DNA of 62,827 nucleotides, the filler included, from Nemertoderma westbladi (lineage: Eukaryota; Animalia; Xenacoelomorpha): the NCBI GenBank assembly GCA_032718475.1. It is 3 parts of 3 records of this genome, joined end to end, with 100 filler letters (N's around TTAATTAATTAA, not from the genome) between each part and the next. Parts side by side here need not be neighbours in the genome. Positions count along the whole stretch, not along the records: positions 1 to 26,199 come from JAUCBJ010002420.1; positions 26,300 to 48,377 come from JAUCBJ010003403.1; 1 more part is not named here. One strand, 5' to 3'. This document shows positions 21,401 to 33,890 of the stretch, piece after piece. The notes below the pieces were generated by a model. It saw only the letters and a program-made list of their open reading frames with translations. It was not told the origin of the DNA and searched no databases. Position 1 is the stretch's first letter, and the number at the start of each line of letters is the position of its first letter. The translations under genes and the position numbers were made by a program.

Positions 21401-24400
21401 TTGTTTCTTTCGAATTCGGTGTGCAACAAGATATGATGTTTCGCGCCGCACTTCGCACACCTTGCGTCGGAGTAACAGGTTCGCCATTGGTGTCCTTGTC
21501 TGAGACAATTATAACACAATTGCTTATCCCACATGACTACGCGTCTATCTTTTAGGGATTTCTTTAAGAATTCATCACACACACTTAAACGGTGGGGCCC
21601 GTCACACAACGCACATTTTGGTTTGATGTTACTTACTTTACCTTGGGTAGTGTTGTGCACACTTGTTCTCTCCTCGGGCTTTCTTCCCTGAATTCTCTTA
21701 GGAGACGTGGGAGGAGTTTTTGTTGTCTGTTCTCTCCTGTCACTGGTTCGAGACTTAAATTTACTTACATCCTTTGGTGTTTTGTTGACATAATAAGATC
21801 TTTCGGTGTCTTTTCCGTTGCTCTCCTCTTGAGAGGTTTGGCTTTCGCCGTCGTCTGTATAACACACTGGTGTTACCTTTCTCCTAGAAACGGGTTTTTC
21901 ACTTACCTTATTTTCCGGTGTCTTCTCTCGGGACTGCTTTAGGAGCTGTAATCTTACCTATCCATTTAAGAATGACATGAGATCAGCCATGGTAGGTTCT
22001 CTTTGTTGCTGGTCCATCATATAGAGCACTTTCTTGTCCCAGCGAGTACCTACTCCACCCTTGGGCAAAGTAGAGGCTACGGCTCCAATAACCTTGGAAC
22101 TCTGATATTCATGAGACTTACCTAACCAATCTAGTTGTCTACAGATCTCCTGAATCTCATCGGAAAACTCTATAATCCCGATGCTAAGGAAATTTCGGGG
22201 TGCTACCAATTTTGCATACAAATACCTAGCTATGTTTGTCCTATTACCATACCTGATGTTTAGTGTTTCCCAAACTTGTCTTAATCCATCTGGATGTCCA
22301 ATAAACTTTAACGCCATTAACTTGGGAGGTCCTTCCAAACACTCGATGAGGAATCTAAGTTTCTCTCTGTTCGATAGTACAGAGTTCTGTATGTTATCTT
22401 TGTAATATTCATTAAAAGGTAACCATTTCATCTCATCTCCATTGAACTTGACGATCTCTCCCACTTTTACCGCTTGACGGGCTTCAGTTCTGGCCATTTG
22501 ACGCATAAAACTTTTTTGGGCCATCGTGTTATTTAATATCGAGTTATCGGTATATAAATTTCTCGGATCATGATCAGGTGTATATGGAATATCATTGTCA
22601 ACAGGTTTATAATTACCCTTAATAGGGTTTACTATAGGAGTTTCTACTTCACTAGCAGTATAGATGTGTGTAGGCTCCACACCTTGCGCATGAAATACTT
22701 CAGACCTAACAGGTTGACACATTGTTACATGGGGTGGTGGTATACCCCTTTGTGTATTTACCAATTTATCGCGTTCTAACGTGATACTCTGCTGCACTTC
22801 TTGCAACTCTAACCTACTTTCCCTTACTGTTCCCTTGAACTGTTGAACAGTCTCCTGCATCTGCCCGAGCAGGAGATCCATCCCCCGCCATCCCTCATCC
22901 ACCCACTCGACCGCCGAAGCAGGAGCCGCCAACATAGTAGCGGGTAGACGAGGGACGACGGGCGATAAATCTTTAATGTCTCGCTCGGCGTCCAGGACAT
23001 GAATTGTCTCAGGGACTGTTTTACTGGGCACAGGTAATTTAGTACTGTGCAAAGGGAATTTAGAGGTAGGTTCTGGGAGTACAGGTGTCTCTATCACCGA
23101 AGGGGTGGCTTCGAGAACAGGCCTAATTATTTCAGGCTCATCTACTATAGTAGGGAGTCTTTCTACTACAATAATTTGATCTGTGGGTTCTGTACCACCT
23201 AAGTCTGTGCTAGCTAGTTGCCTTCTCACAGCTGGGGGCAAATTAGGCAATTTCTGACGGTGGGGCGTTCTTCTACGCCTGCTGGAACGAGATCTATTTC
23301 CTCCGCCTTCGGGATCTGTTGTATCGCCTTCATCAGATGATGTAAACCCCTGTCTTTTTTATCTATGTAGTCTTGCTTCTCTTGAAGATTTTCCAACTCT
23401 CGTTGGGTGGTCTCTTCAGACGCCCTCCGTTCTATTTCAGCCACTGATACCTTTCTTTCCGCTTCTGCTGCTGCCACTGCCGCCTTTCTTTCCACTTCGG
23501 CCGCTTTTATTTCCGCTTCGGCCGCTTTTCTTTCCGCTTCTGCCTCTGCCGCTGCCGCTTTTCTTTCCACTTCGGCCGCTTTCCTTCCCGCTTCTGCCGC
23601 TGCCACTGCCGCTTTTCTTTCCACTTCGGCCGCTTTTCTTTCCGCTTCTGCCGCTGCCGCTGCTGCTGTCTTTCTGTCTTCTATATGTTTTTTCTTCACT
23701 TGTTCTTCCTGAACTCTAGCGATGCGGATTCTTTCATCAAATTTAGCTCGATCCGCTTCTAACCTTTCCGCATCTAACAAGTCTAGCACAAACTTGGCTC
23801 CCTCACTCTTAGGGTGAAGTCCAGCTACCTTCTCCTTAACTCTTTGTCACCTATAAATCGTTGATAGTCCAACAGATAGATGTCAATGGCGTCCTTCTTT
23901 GGAGGTTTCTCTGATGTCGCTTCGCTTTCAACTTGAGAAAAGGTAGCATCTGTTGATTCTCCGTGGGTTGAGCGTTCAGTTAGCTGAATTTTCCATTGGG
24001 TTGTTCCTTGGACTTTAAGACTCACCCGTTGGAACCAAGTCTTTACGGCAACTTGCAACGACGTGTCTTGGCTTCTCTTCGAGGCTTCCTCAAAGGCCGA
24101 TAGGATTAGTCTGATTCTTAGGATACGTTCTCGAACTTGATAAAGCAGCTCTCCCTGCTCTTGAGGTCCTTGGGGTTGTTGAAACAGTTGTTCCTCTAAT
24201 CGCTCCAAAGAGCTGAAGAATCTCTGTACATATCCTGCTGCCGACCTCTTCCACACAGCTGGATCTCTAGTGTCCCTTTCCACTCCCATCCTATATAAGT
24301 CCTCCCAGGTAGCTTCCGATAAATTAAACGGGAGTCCGGGTCCGGGGAAGTTCCATTGCGTCTCGACAATAGACTTCATTTCCTCCATTGTGTATCCCGC

Positions 24401-24853
24401 ATAACTATCCTTGGTCGATTGCTTACTTCTCGCCCAATCGATTTGTTGTTCTTCAACAGCAATCAATACTCTAGTGAGAACAGCTTCAGGAAGAACAAGA
24501 AGTGGATCCGAATAAACCGCCTTTGCCATCTCTGCTCCGATCTCGGGCAGCAACTCTACAGTATCTGTACTACTGGAGCTATCGGACCGCGGAGAAATAA
24601 GTTCTCGGCTCGGGTGTTGGTGGTGCTGCTGTTTAACAGCTGCCTCCTGGTCCCGCTTGACTTGAGCCCGCGTGCCTATAATAGACCTACGGTGCTTGAC
24701 TAGCCTAGGGTCTGATACTACAACTGGGAGAATAACCTTTCTTACAGTAGGAGGGGATTTGAACTTTGGTCTCAAACGTTCCGCACTCCTATCTAAATCA
24801 CAGACTGTTGTTTCTAAGAGACTATCTGACAGATTTTGCTTTGTGTCAGCCAT
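18470..24853 (-). pseudogene. Element 2 gag-pol (Gag, three Cys/His knuckles, aspartic protease, RT, RNase H); stops and frameshifts; no integrase
   Basis: KFNGDEMKWLPF...EKLRFL (Pao Gag), CALC/CYNC/CAKC knuckles, ALLDSGS, RVVFDSSA...SLNSELLPGPNL, DIEGMFLQV, YMDD, LHVFGDAS, WRHCPGTINPADIASRG. In-frame stops at 21958, 20380 and 18943; frameshifts near 23810 and 23240. Confidence 0.9.
23440..23670 (-). repeat. Imperfect in-frame repeat encoding AAE(A/V)ERK coiled-coil/charged helix in the element 2 Gag N-terminal region
   Basis: Repeated GCCGCTTTTCTTTCC[AG]CTTC units on the + strand, translated in ORF 23226-23789. Confidence 0.85.
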
Positions 24854-24988
24854 GTTTGTTTGTACAGTTGAATGCCTACTACTATAACTATAGTTAAAGC
24901 AAGTCTAGTAATTCAGTATCAACTATAAGCCTAGTAAGTAATTACCGATACCGTCACTCAGTGCAGCGTGATATATATACAATATATT

Positions 24989-25241
24989 AGAATACCGGTA
25001 TACACTTATAGTATATAAGTATTATTACGGACTTGGGTTCGTCACAGAATACCGGTATATAATTCCAGCATAAGTATATATAAATATATAATAAGCCTAC
25101 CGTGAATACCGGTATACAGCTTACACTTATAGTATATATAAGTATAATTATAGACTAGAATTAATTACAGAATACCGGTATATAATGTCAGCTTAAATTT
25201 ATATAAATAAATATAATAAGCCTATCGTAAATACCGGTATG
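24989..25241. repeat. About two copies of an imperfect ~120-bp repeat with AATACCGGTAT cores in the element 2 5' leader
   Basis: AATACCGGTAT recurs five times, alternating between two flanking contexts. Confidence 0.65.
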
Positions 25242-26199
25242 TCAATTATTTTATAATAACTGAATTTCTGAATTTTAGGGTTACTTTACGTTACTTTATT
25301 ACCGTTATTTAAGCAGTAGTCCAACTGATATTAAGACCTAATTGATGGATGACAGGCCTACTATTTTATAAATCGGTTTAAGTTGATTTATAATATATAT
25401 ACCCGTATAATGGGTTTTTGTCAATATTTGAAATAAATGTTATTATTTCTGGTAAGGAGTCACTACACAGAAGCTGTACGCTCTCAGTGGAGTGCTACTT
25501 ATTGGACACTAAAACAAATAATTCTAATTTACTAATTTACTTATTACTACAAATTACATACAATTACAGGGTGAGGTTACAATCTCTAAATAAACACAAA
25601 AATTACACGTACAAATTTTAGGGTAATTTTACAGGAAATCTACAAACCAGTCTAACAAGGAGTTAGAATTTCTGGTTATTACAAAGTGACAGGATACTAC
25701 GGTATTTGAAGATAATAAATCAGTAGTAAATATATTGCGTTGTCTAGGTAAGAAAATACCACCGTCTGACGACTTATAGTCTCTAGCTTTACAGCTCTAT
25801 AAGTACTACGTTATGTACCCGGAGTGTCCCACCTAGAAGTTAATTACCGCAGCCAACCATAGCTAACGTGCCTATTAACCACTTTACAACACAAATATAC
25901 TGCCTACAAACTAATTACCTTCGGAAAGCACTGTACACTAAACCCTAAATTAGGTACAAGTACTTATATAAAAAATAACCAGCAGTTAAATATACTTGTA
26001 CAGCCAAAAGAACCACGGTATCTGCTGGAGTGACTAGCGCATAAAATCACCAGTCTTTACCTACGCCTAACAGCCCTGATGTAGTACCGGGGTTAATTTA
26101 ACTATAACGGTATGTATAACAAGCACAATTACTGTAGGAATAAACTTGGGGTTGTGTATGTTGCAAATAATCGCATAAACTCTGAATAATAAATATTAC

Positions 26200-26299
26200 N
26201 NNNNNNNNNNNNNNNNNNNNNNNNNNNNNNNNNNNNNNNNNNNTTAATTAATTAANNNNNNNNNNNNNNNNNNNNNNNNNNNNNNNNNNNNNNNNNNNN
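26200..26299. other. Artificial contig-joining spacer (N44-TTAATTAATTAA-N44)
   Basis: N runs around a six-frame stop linker; same layout as 48378-48477. Confidence 0.97.
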
Positions 26300-26450
26300 A
26301 AATATGTAAAAAATTAGTGTACGAAAAGAGCGCCATTTCAAAAACACTTCGATAAATCGAGATATGATATCAAACTTCAAGTTGGTGAAGAAAGTACTGT
26401 ATAGTACAGTACTTCAGTCTACACTAAATATTACTTAAGATTGGATTGAC

Positions 26451-26743
26451 CAAGGCGTACTACAAGGCCATGACATCGGAGTCTACTAATAACATTTATT
26501 GTACACATACAATGACCAGGGCATAGCGATGTCCAGAATTTGAAATTATTTATCATAATTTAAATAATAAACATAAGATACAACATTACTTAGAATTACT
26601 TATACAGTCAAACCAAAGCCGAGTTAATGCATAAAATGTAATTAACGTCTAAATAAATCGCTTGTATAAAAATCTTTCCCCACTCACCGCCCTTGTTGAC
26701 TATTTGGCATGGCCTTGTATATGTATATAGTACGTACGCCTTG
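26451..26743. mobile_element. Small TIR element (MITE) with CAAGGCGTACTA...CAAGGCCATG ends
   Basis: Imperfect inverted termini belonging to the same family as 26783-28739. Confidence 0.6.
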
Positions 26744-26870
26744 AATGTAACAGACAGACATACAGAATGGCCTACCTACAATCAAGGCGTACTATATACA
26801 AGGCCATGCCATCGAGTTAACTGTGGGTGGTGACTGGAGGCCAGATTTTTTTACAACAATTTGATATTTT

Positions 26871-27135
26871 AATAATAATAATAATAATAATAATATTGGT
26901 TTATTTATATAGCGCTTTTCTACGCTCAGCATACTCAAAGCGCTTTTATTATCATTACCCCAGCAAAGCCAGGTTCCCATTATACCGCTGGGTTGACGTA
27001 GGCACTAATGTCTAAAGTGTCTTGCCTAGGGACACAACAGTGCGAAATTTCTACAGCCTTTAGTCGGATTCGAACCTGCGCCACCAAACACTATTGTGTA
27101 AGCAGTTCAGGCGCCGTATCCACTCGGACACTGCG
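26871..27135 (-). mobile_element. tRNA-derived SINE with L2-like 3' tail and (TAT)n end
   Basis: On the - strand: A box TGTCCGAGTGG, B box GGTTCGAATCC, tail AAAGCGCTTTGAG...GAAAAGCGCTATATAAAT, then (TAT)n. TSD ATTTT at 26866-26870 and 27136-27140. It interrupts the host element's TIR. Confidence 0.85.
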
Positions 27136-27576
27136 ATTTTGATATGGGGAGAGTTCTATAAATTTTCATTTGCGGCAATTTGCTCAATGGACGTAATTGA
27201 AGCATCCTCGTAAAGTATGATACAAAATTTTATGGTAGCTAGTGTTTTAGGTAGGTTTAGTTAGTAATTTCAACACTGGTTCCGACATCCTACTTCCATC
27301 TATAAGTATTTTGTAGTAGCTATATTTCTTATTACTATGTGTACAGTATTGAAAATGTTCCCGAACATCTTAGATATTCATTTAAAAAAAAAATATGTTC
27401 TATGTTGCTGTCAGTTCATGAACAGGTAATGGACGCCGATGTAAGTTCCCGGGGTTGCGCTAGATCCCGAAATACTATTCACCGGAATTATTGGTGTTGG
27501 GGAAACTTAGGATTTGTAATGCAGGTCGTGAAAAAAGAATCGTTTGGTTTGAATGTTAATTTATTCGCTGCTAACT

Positions 27577-28592
27577 TAACTGATTCCTTAGACGAACTGA
27601 TTCTAAATAATTTTGGGCTTCCATACACCAAATAATTAGAATAAACACATACATCAGTAATAAACCTACAGTACAAACAATTTATTTAGTATTTACTTTA
27701 TAGGACGACAGACTTACTTTATATGATTTTAACCACCCCAACTACGTTTGATACCCATGTCTAGTCGGTGTCTGTCATGTCTGGCGAGGGGCTACAGCTT
27801 CCGTTACGTTCCGAGTCCTTTTCAGGCTCGTAATAGCTCCATAGACCATAATCCTCTCTATAAGTCGCAGAATGTTGTGGCGAGCAGAGAGAGGAGAGCA
27901 ATTTCCGTTGCGTTCCGAGTCCCTTTCAGGCTCGTAAATACTCCATAGATCACAAACCCCGCTCCGTCAGTGTCGGTCCTTTGCGGAGCGCTATGCCGAT
28001 TGGTTCCGAGTCCTTTTCAGGCTCGTACTACGCACAGCGAACTAGCGCACCGCGCAGGTGGTCCAAAGTCCGGTTCCCTTCCCCTGTCCGGTGGCCTCTT
28101 GGTCTGTTTGTTTCTGAGTCCTTTTCAGGCTCGTACTACGCACAGTAAAAGAACCCACTGGGGAAATCCGAGACGTTCAAACCAAATTCCCGCTCCGTGG
28201 CCTCCTGGTCTGCTTGTTTCCGAGTCCTTTTCAGGCTTGTACTACTCACAGTAAAAGAACCCACTGGGGAATAGGTTCTCCCTTCGCTCTAGGCTCGGGC
28301 GCACGGCCTAGGCTTGGCTGTCAGGATCTCTACCTGAAGCCAAGTACTTGATTCCTTGAACATCAGGGCCACCTTTTAACTTTGGAAAGCCGACAATTTA
28401 ATAGTCAGCCTTCCTGGAAAACAGCCCGTAATCGAATAATTTTGGGTTTTATGATTTCTAGTTTGCTAACTGATTCCTTATAGACGAGCTGATTCTAAAT
28501 AATTTTGGGCTCCCATACACCAAATAATTAGAATAAACACATACATCAGTAATAAACCTACAGTACAAACAATTTATTTAGTATTTACTTTA
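27577..28592. repeat. ~125-bp direct repeats (27577-27700, 28467-28592) enclosing five 24-bp conserved cores spaced about 100 bp apart
   Basis: Core TTCCGAGTCCTTTTCAGGCTCGTA at 27809, 27913, 28004, 28112 and 28218. Confidence 0.85.
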
Positions 28593-29374
28593 CTTTATAT
28601 TATTATTATTATTATATATTTTATATAGAACTCTCCCCATATCAAAATGTCAAATTGTTGTAAAAAAAAAATCTTGCCCCCAGTCACCGCCCCCAGTTAA
28701 CTCGATGGCATGGCCTTGTACTGTATATAGTACGCCTTGCCTACAGTACTAAAAGTCAACGGCGTTCCAGCCATATACACAATATTTCAATTCAATGACA
28801 TTTCACGCAATAAGTACGATTTTCTCCAAATAATAGATTTAGATTAGGCCTATAGTACCATACATTATTTCCCTGCTTCGGAGTCTGCTGGTTGCAGCAC
28901 TTACAAGTCAGCAAGTTGTTTCAGTTTTCTTTACTGACCTTTGTGTTCAGGTGTGACAGAATGAGTGAGTATCCTCTTGATATTGCTGTATTGTCTATCA
29001 GTTTATATCTGTCTGTCTGTGTACTGCAGTAGCAGTAGGCCTAATAGGCCTTCAAATAGCCGCCTGCATCAGACACATTTCAATATAAGAAATATCCCGG
29101 TGTGGAATTCGCTTCCATCAGCCTGTCAGCACTCAGCAGTGATGCAGCACCCTCTTTGTGCTGCTTCCGTTCCCGCCTCAATGATGTCAGTTTGCTTATT
29201 CCAGGATTCACTATAAAGGATCCTGGAAAGATTCAATGAATACAACCCACTTTGACTATCGTGGGAATCCGTTATGGCAGTATGGTTATCACTTATCACT
29301 GTATCATGATAAGAATAATTACTAATTACAAATTAGGCCTATATTATAATATTATATTATTATTATTATTATTA

Positions 29375-29971
29375 TTTTTTTTTTATTCAATTGTTCATTT
29401 ACAATAGGAAAATATAATCAATACGATATACAATGAATACACGAACTCCAAAATATATATAGAGTATATAAAGTGATATTAATGTAGCACAGGGTATCAG
29501 TCTCTATGGCTACGCGGTATCTTCAGCGCTCTGTGGGGTCTCCCCGAGTTTGTTGTTAGCAGCGAGATTTGGTTGACCACTGTTACAGTTGTCCCATTGG
29601 TTCCTCCATTGGTTACCATTTCGTCTGTTCGTTGATTTCGATTGGTTTCGCCCCTTTCCACATCTAACTAACGATGTGGGTCTGGGTACTCAAAGAGGCC
29701 GCCTGGAGAAGGTCCCGCTGTCGCTAGGATGGAAGCAGCATTACCCACAAGAATGGCTATACCGATTCGTTGTAGAAGGAACCGGTGAGAGCGGGGTTCA
29801 TGGCTGCATGGGTAACTATCTGCAGACGGGAACCAATTTCATGGAGGAAGTTGGAGGTCTCCGGGCCGGGGCGACCCAAGGTTTCAAAGGCCACGGGATG
29901 GAAGATGTGGCCTCGCTCCATCACTTCGTTGTAGGTGGCATTTTTGCCACGTTCTGCTCCCTCCACGGTGC
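29375..29971 (-). mobile_element. 5'-truncated non-LTR retrotransposon with restriction-like endonuclease (CRE-like) C-terminus and poly(A) tail
   Basis: FHPVAFETLGRPGPETSNFLHEIGSRL, then after a frameshift LQRIGIAILVGNAASILAT. An A-tail (T run at about 29375-29384) is embedded in (ATT)n. Confidence 0.75.
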
Positions 29972-30803
29972 ATTATTATTATGATCTTTACATATATATT
30001 TTAAAACCTATACATTACAGCATTATGTATAAATAGTATTTTATCTTATTTTATATGTAGAGTCCTTTATTAAACCTTTTTACTTACAGTGGTGCCTTGA
30101 ACTGTTGAATGTGCACGGCTGAGTGTTCATATAACATATAATATCATGTCTTCTATGTTTTACTTATCTTGATTGTGCATTTTAATGCTGTAATGATAGG
30201 CCTATTTAAATTTTAATCTTGTTTCGCCATTATATAATTATTTCATAACAAAATACCGGTACTTTCATTTCATGTGTATTAATAATTTGTACCGTAATTA
30301 AAAGTTATGTACAGTGTCAGAGTGTACAAATGTATGCTGTCCATCTTCATTTATCATTTCAAATAGGCCTAATGAGCTAAGAAATTATTAATAGAAAAAT
30401 CTGTAAATGTAAACTTAGTTCAGCTGATTATTACCGTACAGCCGTATGCGTACTCACTGGCGTATGCGAATCCTTTCATATCTTTCAGTCTTTAGCACTA
30501 AGTCCAGAAGTCAGCGCTTGCACCTGCGCTTGCACCTGCGCCTGCGCTTAACCCCAAAATTTCTGCGCCTGACCAACATTTTCTGCGCCTGATACGGTAC
30601 AGTGATATATCCATGAGATTTATACATACTTTGAAACCGGGCTGCTGCTCCTGTATTGTACGCACGTACTGACGTATCAGCGTATGGCAGTATGGTATCA
30701 TATCACATATGTCATTTCAGCATTTAGGCCTACCTCTGTCTGTCTGTATGCTGTACCTTACCTACCTACCTACCGGTAAGTGCATCAACGTCAGAACGTG
30801 ATC

Positions 30804-32985
30804 ATGAAGTGTCTTGTTCTCATTTTATATCTATGGATCAACTTCCGAGTCAACGGACAAGATATCCCGACTGTTTGTGGGGGTTTCATTAAAACCGAAC
30901 ACAAACTCGACTTCGGTCTAGTGGAAGTCGGCGCCTACAGCGATGCGGGTTCGTTACGCTACAAAGCGACATGCGCTCCGAACACTGGCTACTTTATGAT
31001 CCCTTTATACGAGCGCGGCCCCTACACCCTCAGGGTGGAGCCCCCTAAGGGATGGCAGTTCGAACCCACCCAACTAGACCTCGCAATCGACGGGGTCAAC
31101 GACCCCTGCTCCCTCGGCAACGATCTTAACTTTAACTTCATCGGTTTCACTATCAGCGGTCGTGTGGTCACCCAGGGGTTCACTGATGTTGGACCCCGCG
31201 GGCTCACTATCCTCCTCAAAGATAAACACAGCGGCTCTGAAGTTCAGAACACGGTGACAAAACACGACGGCGCGTACACGTTTGCCGGAGTAACTCCGGG
31301 TTCATTCCTCGTCGAAGCTCGCCATCCATCGTGGACTATCGATAACCCGACAGTCGAGACCACCATACACGCTGACTCCCTGGACATCGGCGAAGCAATC
31401 CGAATTCTCGCCTTCGACGTTTCCGGGAGAGTTACAAGCAACGGCGTAGGTATGGCTTCTGTTGTTTTCCTCCTATATTCCGAGTTGATAACGCCGGATA
31501 AAATCGCGGATTGTCGGAAAGACCCGATTCCGGATTATAAAGGCCGATCGGCCCCGTTGTGCCACGCAGTCTCCGATAAATCAGGCCGATTTACATTCCC
31601 TTCTCTACCGAGCGGCGAATTCACAATAATTCCGCATCTTAAGATAAAAGAAACAAATTTCGAAATAATTCCCTCCCAAGTGGCTCTTAAAGTTTCCCAC
31701 GATTCTGTAGTTCTCTCGGAGACGTTCATCGTTTCCGGGTTCGCTGTATTCGGTAAGATTTCGTCGACGCCCGGTAGAGGCGTACCGGACGCCAAGATAT
31801 CGATATCCGGGCGACACGTCGCCACTACCGACAAGGACGGGGTGTTTCAACTGGACAACGTAAAGATCGGCAACTACTCGCTCACCATCGAGTCCCAACA
31901 CCTCGGGTTCGACCCGCAGCGGATCCAACTGTCCCCCACTAGTCCGCAACTCCGGGAAATCGTAGCGGGAAGTTTCAGTGTCTGTGGTCGCGTCGCTATG
32001 GATACGGGGTGGTCGCAGGAGCGAGTCGTCGATATCTCCGCGTCCAAAGGGACGACGAAAGTTCGAGTTTCAACCAACGGTAAAGCCGAGTTCTGTTCCA
32101 AGTTGCCCCCGGGGGCCTACAAGGTGACCGCGGTTGTTTCCGCCGCCGAGACCGAACAAGGATTACTCGTGAATCCATCGAACATACAGGTGGATTCCTC
32201 GCCTCTCCTCGATGTAATTCTCCTGCAGTTTAAAGCGAAAATCTCGGGGACTTTGAACTGTATCGCGGAGTGCGCGGGAGTTACGATAACGTTGACGGAT
32301 TCGAGACGTCCGGAAACCGACACGAAGCGCGTCATCGACGAGAAAGGCCCCAAAGTTAACTTCCAATTCGCGAAGGTTCTCCCCGGGAACTACAAAGTGT
32401 CCGTCGTTAAACCGGAGTGGTGCTGGAAGCCGCCGAACCGCGCGTCGACGGAGGTCCGTCTCGCGGACGGCGACGTCCACGGCCTCGAGTTCAACCAGGA
32501 CGGGTTCAACCTCGTGGTCGAGGTCTCCCACCCGATCGGGTTGACCTTCGAGAAGGCGGGGACCCCGGACTCCTCCCACCGGCTGGACGGGATCCCGCGG
32601 GACAACCAGTTCTGTCTGCACGAGGCCGGCGTCTACAGTCTGGTCCCGCGGTCATGCCACAAGTTCGACGCCCCGTCGTACACCTACTCCACCGACTCTC
32701 CAACGCGTATCAACCTAATAGCCGTCGGACATACAGTCCAGGGGCTTATAGTCTCGGAGGAGTTGGTCCCCGACATACACGTCGTCGTGGAGACGGGCAG
32801 TAAGGACCGGGTCTCTAAGATCGGACCCCTGGCCACCAACTCCTCCTCCCATAAGGGCCCCTTCTCCTATCCCTACTCCTTTACCGGCTCCCAGAACGAG
32901 CGCTATCGAGTCGTTCCTCACTCATCCGAGTTCCTATTCTATCCTCCTTCAGCTGACGTCACTGTCTCCCTAGCAACAACAACAG
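30804..32985 (+). CDS. NOMO1: Nodal modulator (BOS complex subunit NOMO), exon 1
   Basis: Signal peptide followed by CGGFIK...CAPNTGYFMIPLY..G.Y.LRVEPPKGWQFEP...DPCS..NDLNFNFIGF. Donor AG/GTAAAT at 32985/32986, phase 1. Confidence 0.93.
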
Positions 32986-33078
32986 GTAAATAATTAACAT
33001 CAGATACCCCAGTCATAAAGTCCTAAAGTCATTTTTTACACTAAATTTAATGCAATAATCACTATTTTAAATCATTTT

Positions 33079-33890
33079 AACTAAAATTAATCACTTTTGA
33101 CTAAAATTAATCACTTATAACTAAAATTAATCACTTATAACTAAAATTAATCACTTATAACTAAAATTAATCACTTATAACTAAAATTAATCACTTATAA
33201 CTAAAATTAATCACTTATAACTAAAATTAATCACTTATAACTAAAATTAATCACTTATAACTAAAATTATTCACTTATAACTAAAATTATTCACTTATAA
33301 CTAAAATTAATCACTTATAAATAAAATTAATCACTTATAATAAAATTATTCACTTATAACTAAAATTAATCACTTATAACTAAAATTAATCACTTATAAC
33401 TAAAATTAATCACTTATAACTAAAATTAATCACTTATAACTAAAATTAATCACTTATATCTAAAATTAATCACTTATAACTAAACTTAATCACTTATAAC
33501 TAAAATTAATCACTTATAACTAAAATTAATCACTTATAACTAAAATTATTCACTTATAACTAAAATTAATCACTTATAAATAAAATTAATCACTTATAAT
33601 AAAATTATTCACTTATAACTAAAATTAATCACTTATAACTAAAATTAATCACTTATAACTAAAATTAATCACTTATAACTAAAATTAATCACTTATAACT
33701 AAAATTAATCACTTATATCTAAAATTAATCACTTATAACTAAACTTAATCACTTATAACTAAAATTAATCACTTATAACTAAAATTAATCACTTATAACT
33801 AAAATTAATCACTTATAACTAAAATTAATCACATATAACTAAAATTAATCACTTATAACTAAAATTAATCACTTATAACTATAATTAATT
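33079..33890. repeat. 20-bp AT-rich minisatellite (ACTAAAATTAATCACTTATA), about 40 copies, in the NOMO intron
   Basis: Direct reading. Confidence 0.97.

Larger units (their letters stand above)
9916..26199 (-). mobile_element. BEL/Pao LTR retrotransposon, element 2 (decayed, integrase deleted, interrupted by Gypsy at 10240-15122; LTRs not resolved)
   Basis: Colinear gag, zinc knuckles, protease, RT and RNase H fragments on the - strand, followed by the extra ORF. The 5' end runs into the contig gap. Confidence 0.85.
26783..28739. mobile_element. Non-autonomous TIR element (P- or hAT-like; about 115-bp TIRs, 8-bp TSD) carrying a SINE and an internal repeat array
   Basis: Left CAAGGCGTACTATATACAAGGCCATGCCATCGAGTTAACTG... 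(continuing at 27141 after the SINE) is the reverse complement of 28622-28739. Flanks CCTACAAT / CCTACAGT match 7/8. Confidence 0.8.

Noticed and set aside
10240-24853. Complementation between the RT-less Gypsy (IN+) and the IN-less BEL host (RT+)
   Set aside because: An attractive symmetry, but the BEL gag-pol has several stops and frameshifts, and the two superfamilies use different cis signals. Most likely coincidence.
26200-26299. TTAATTAATTAA palindrome within N runs (also 48378-48477)
   Set aside because: Artificial six-frame-stop linker between contigs. Adjacency across these gaps should not be interpreted biologically.
27060-27135. Functional tRNA gene (also 50433-50493)
   Set aside because: A and B boxes are present, but the acceptor stems are poor and both continue into SINE-like bodies or tails.
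27809-28241. CRISPR array interpretation of the 24-bp repeats
   Set aside because: Eukaryotic context, no cas genes, and the 67-84 bp spacers are partly homologous to each other. Kept only as an unexplained repeat array.
31022-32921. Multiple antisense and alternative-frame ORFs over the NOMO exons (and similar ones over SF3A3, NAGLU and the pol genes)
   Set aside because: Expected shadows of GC-rich coding sequence, with no independent motifs.
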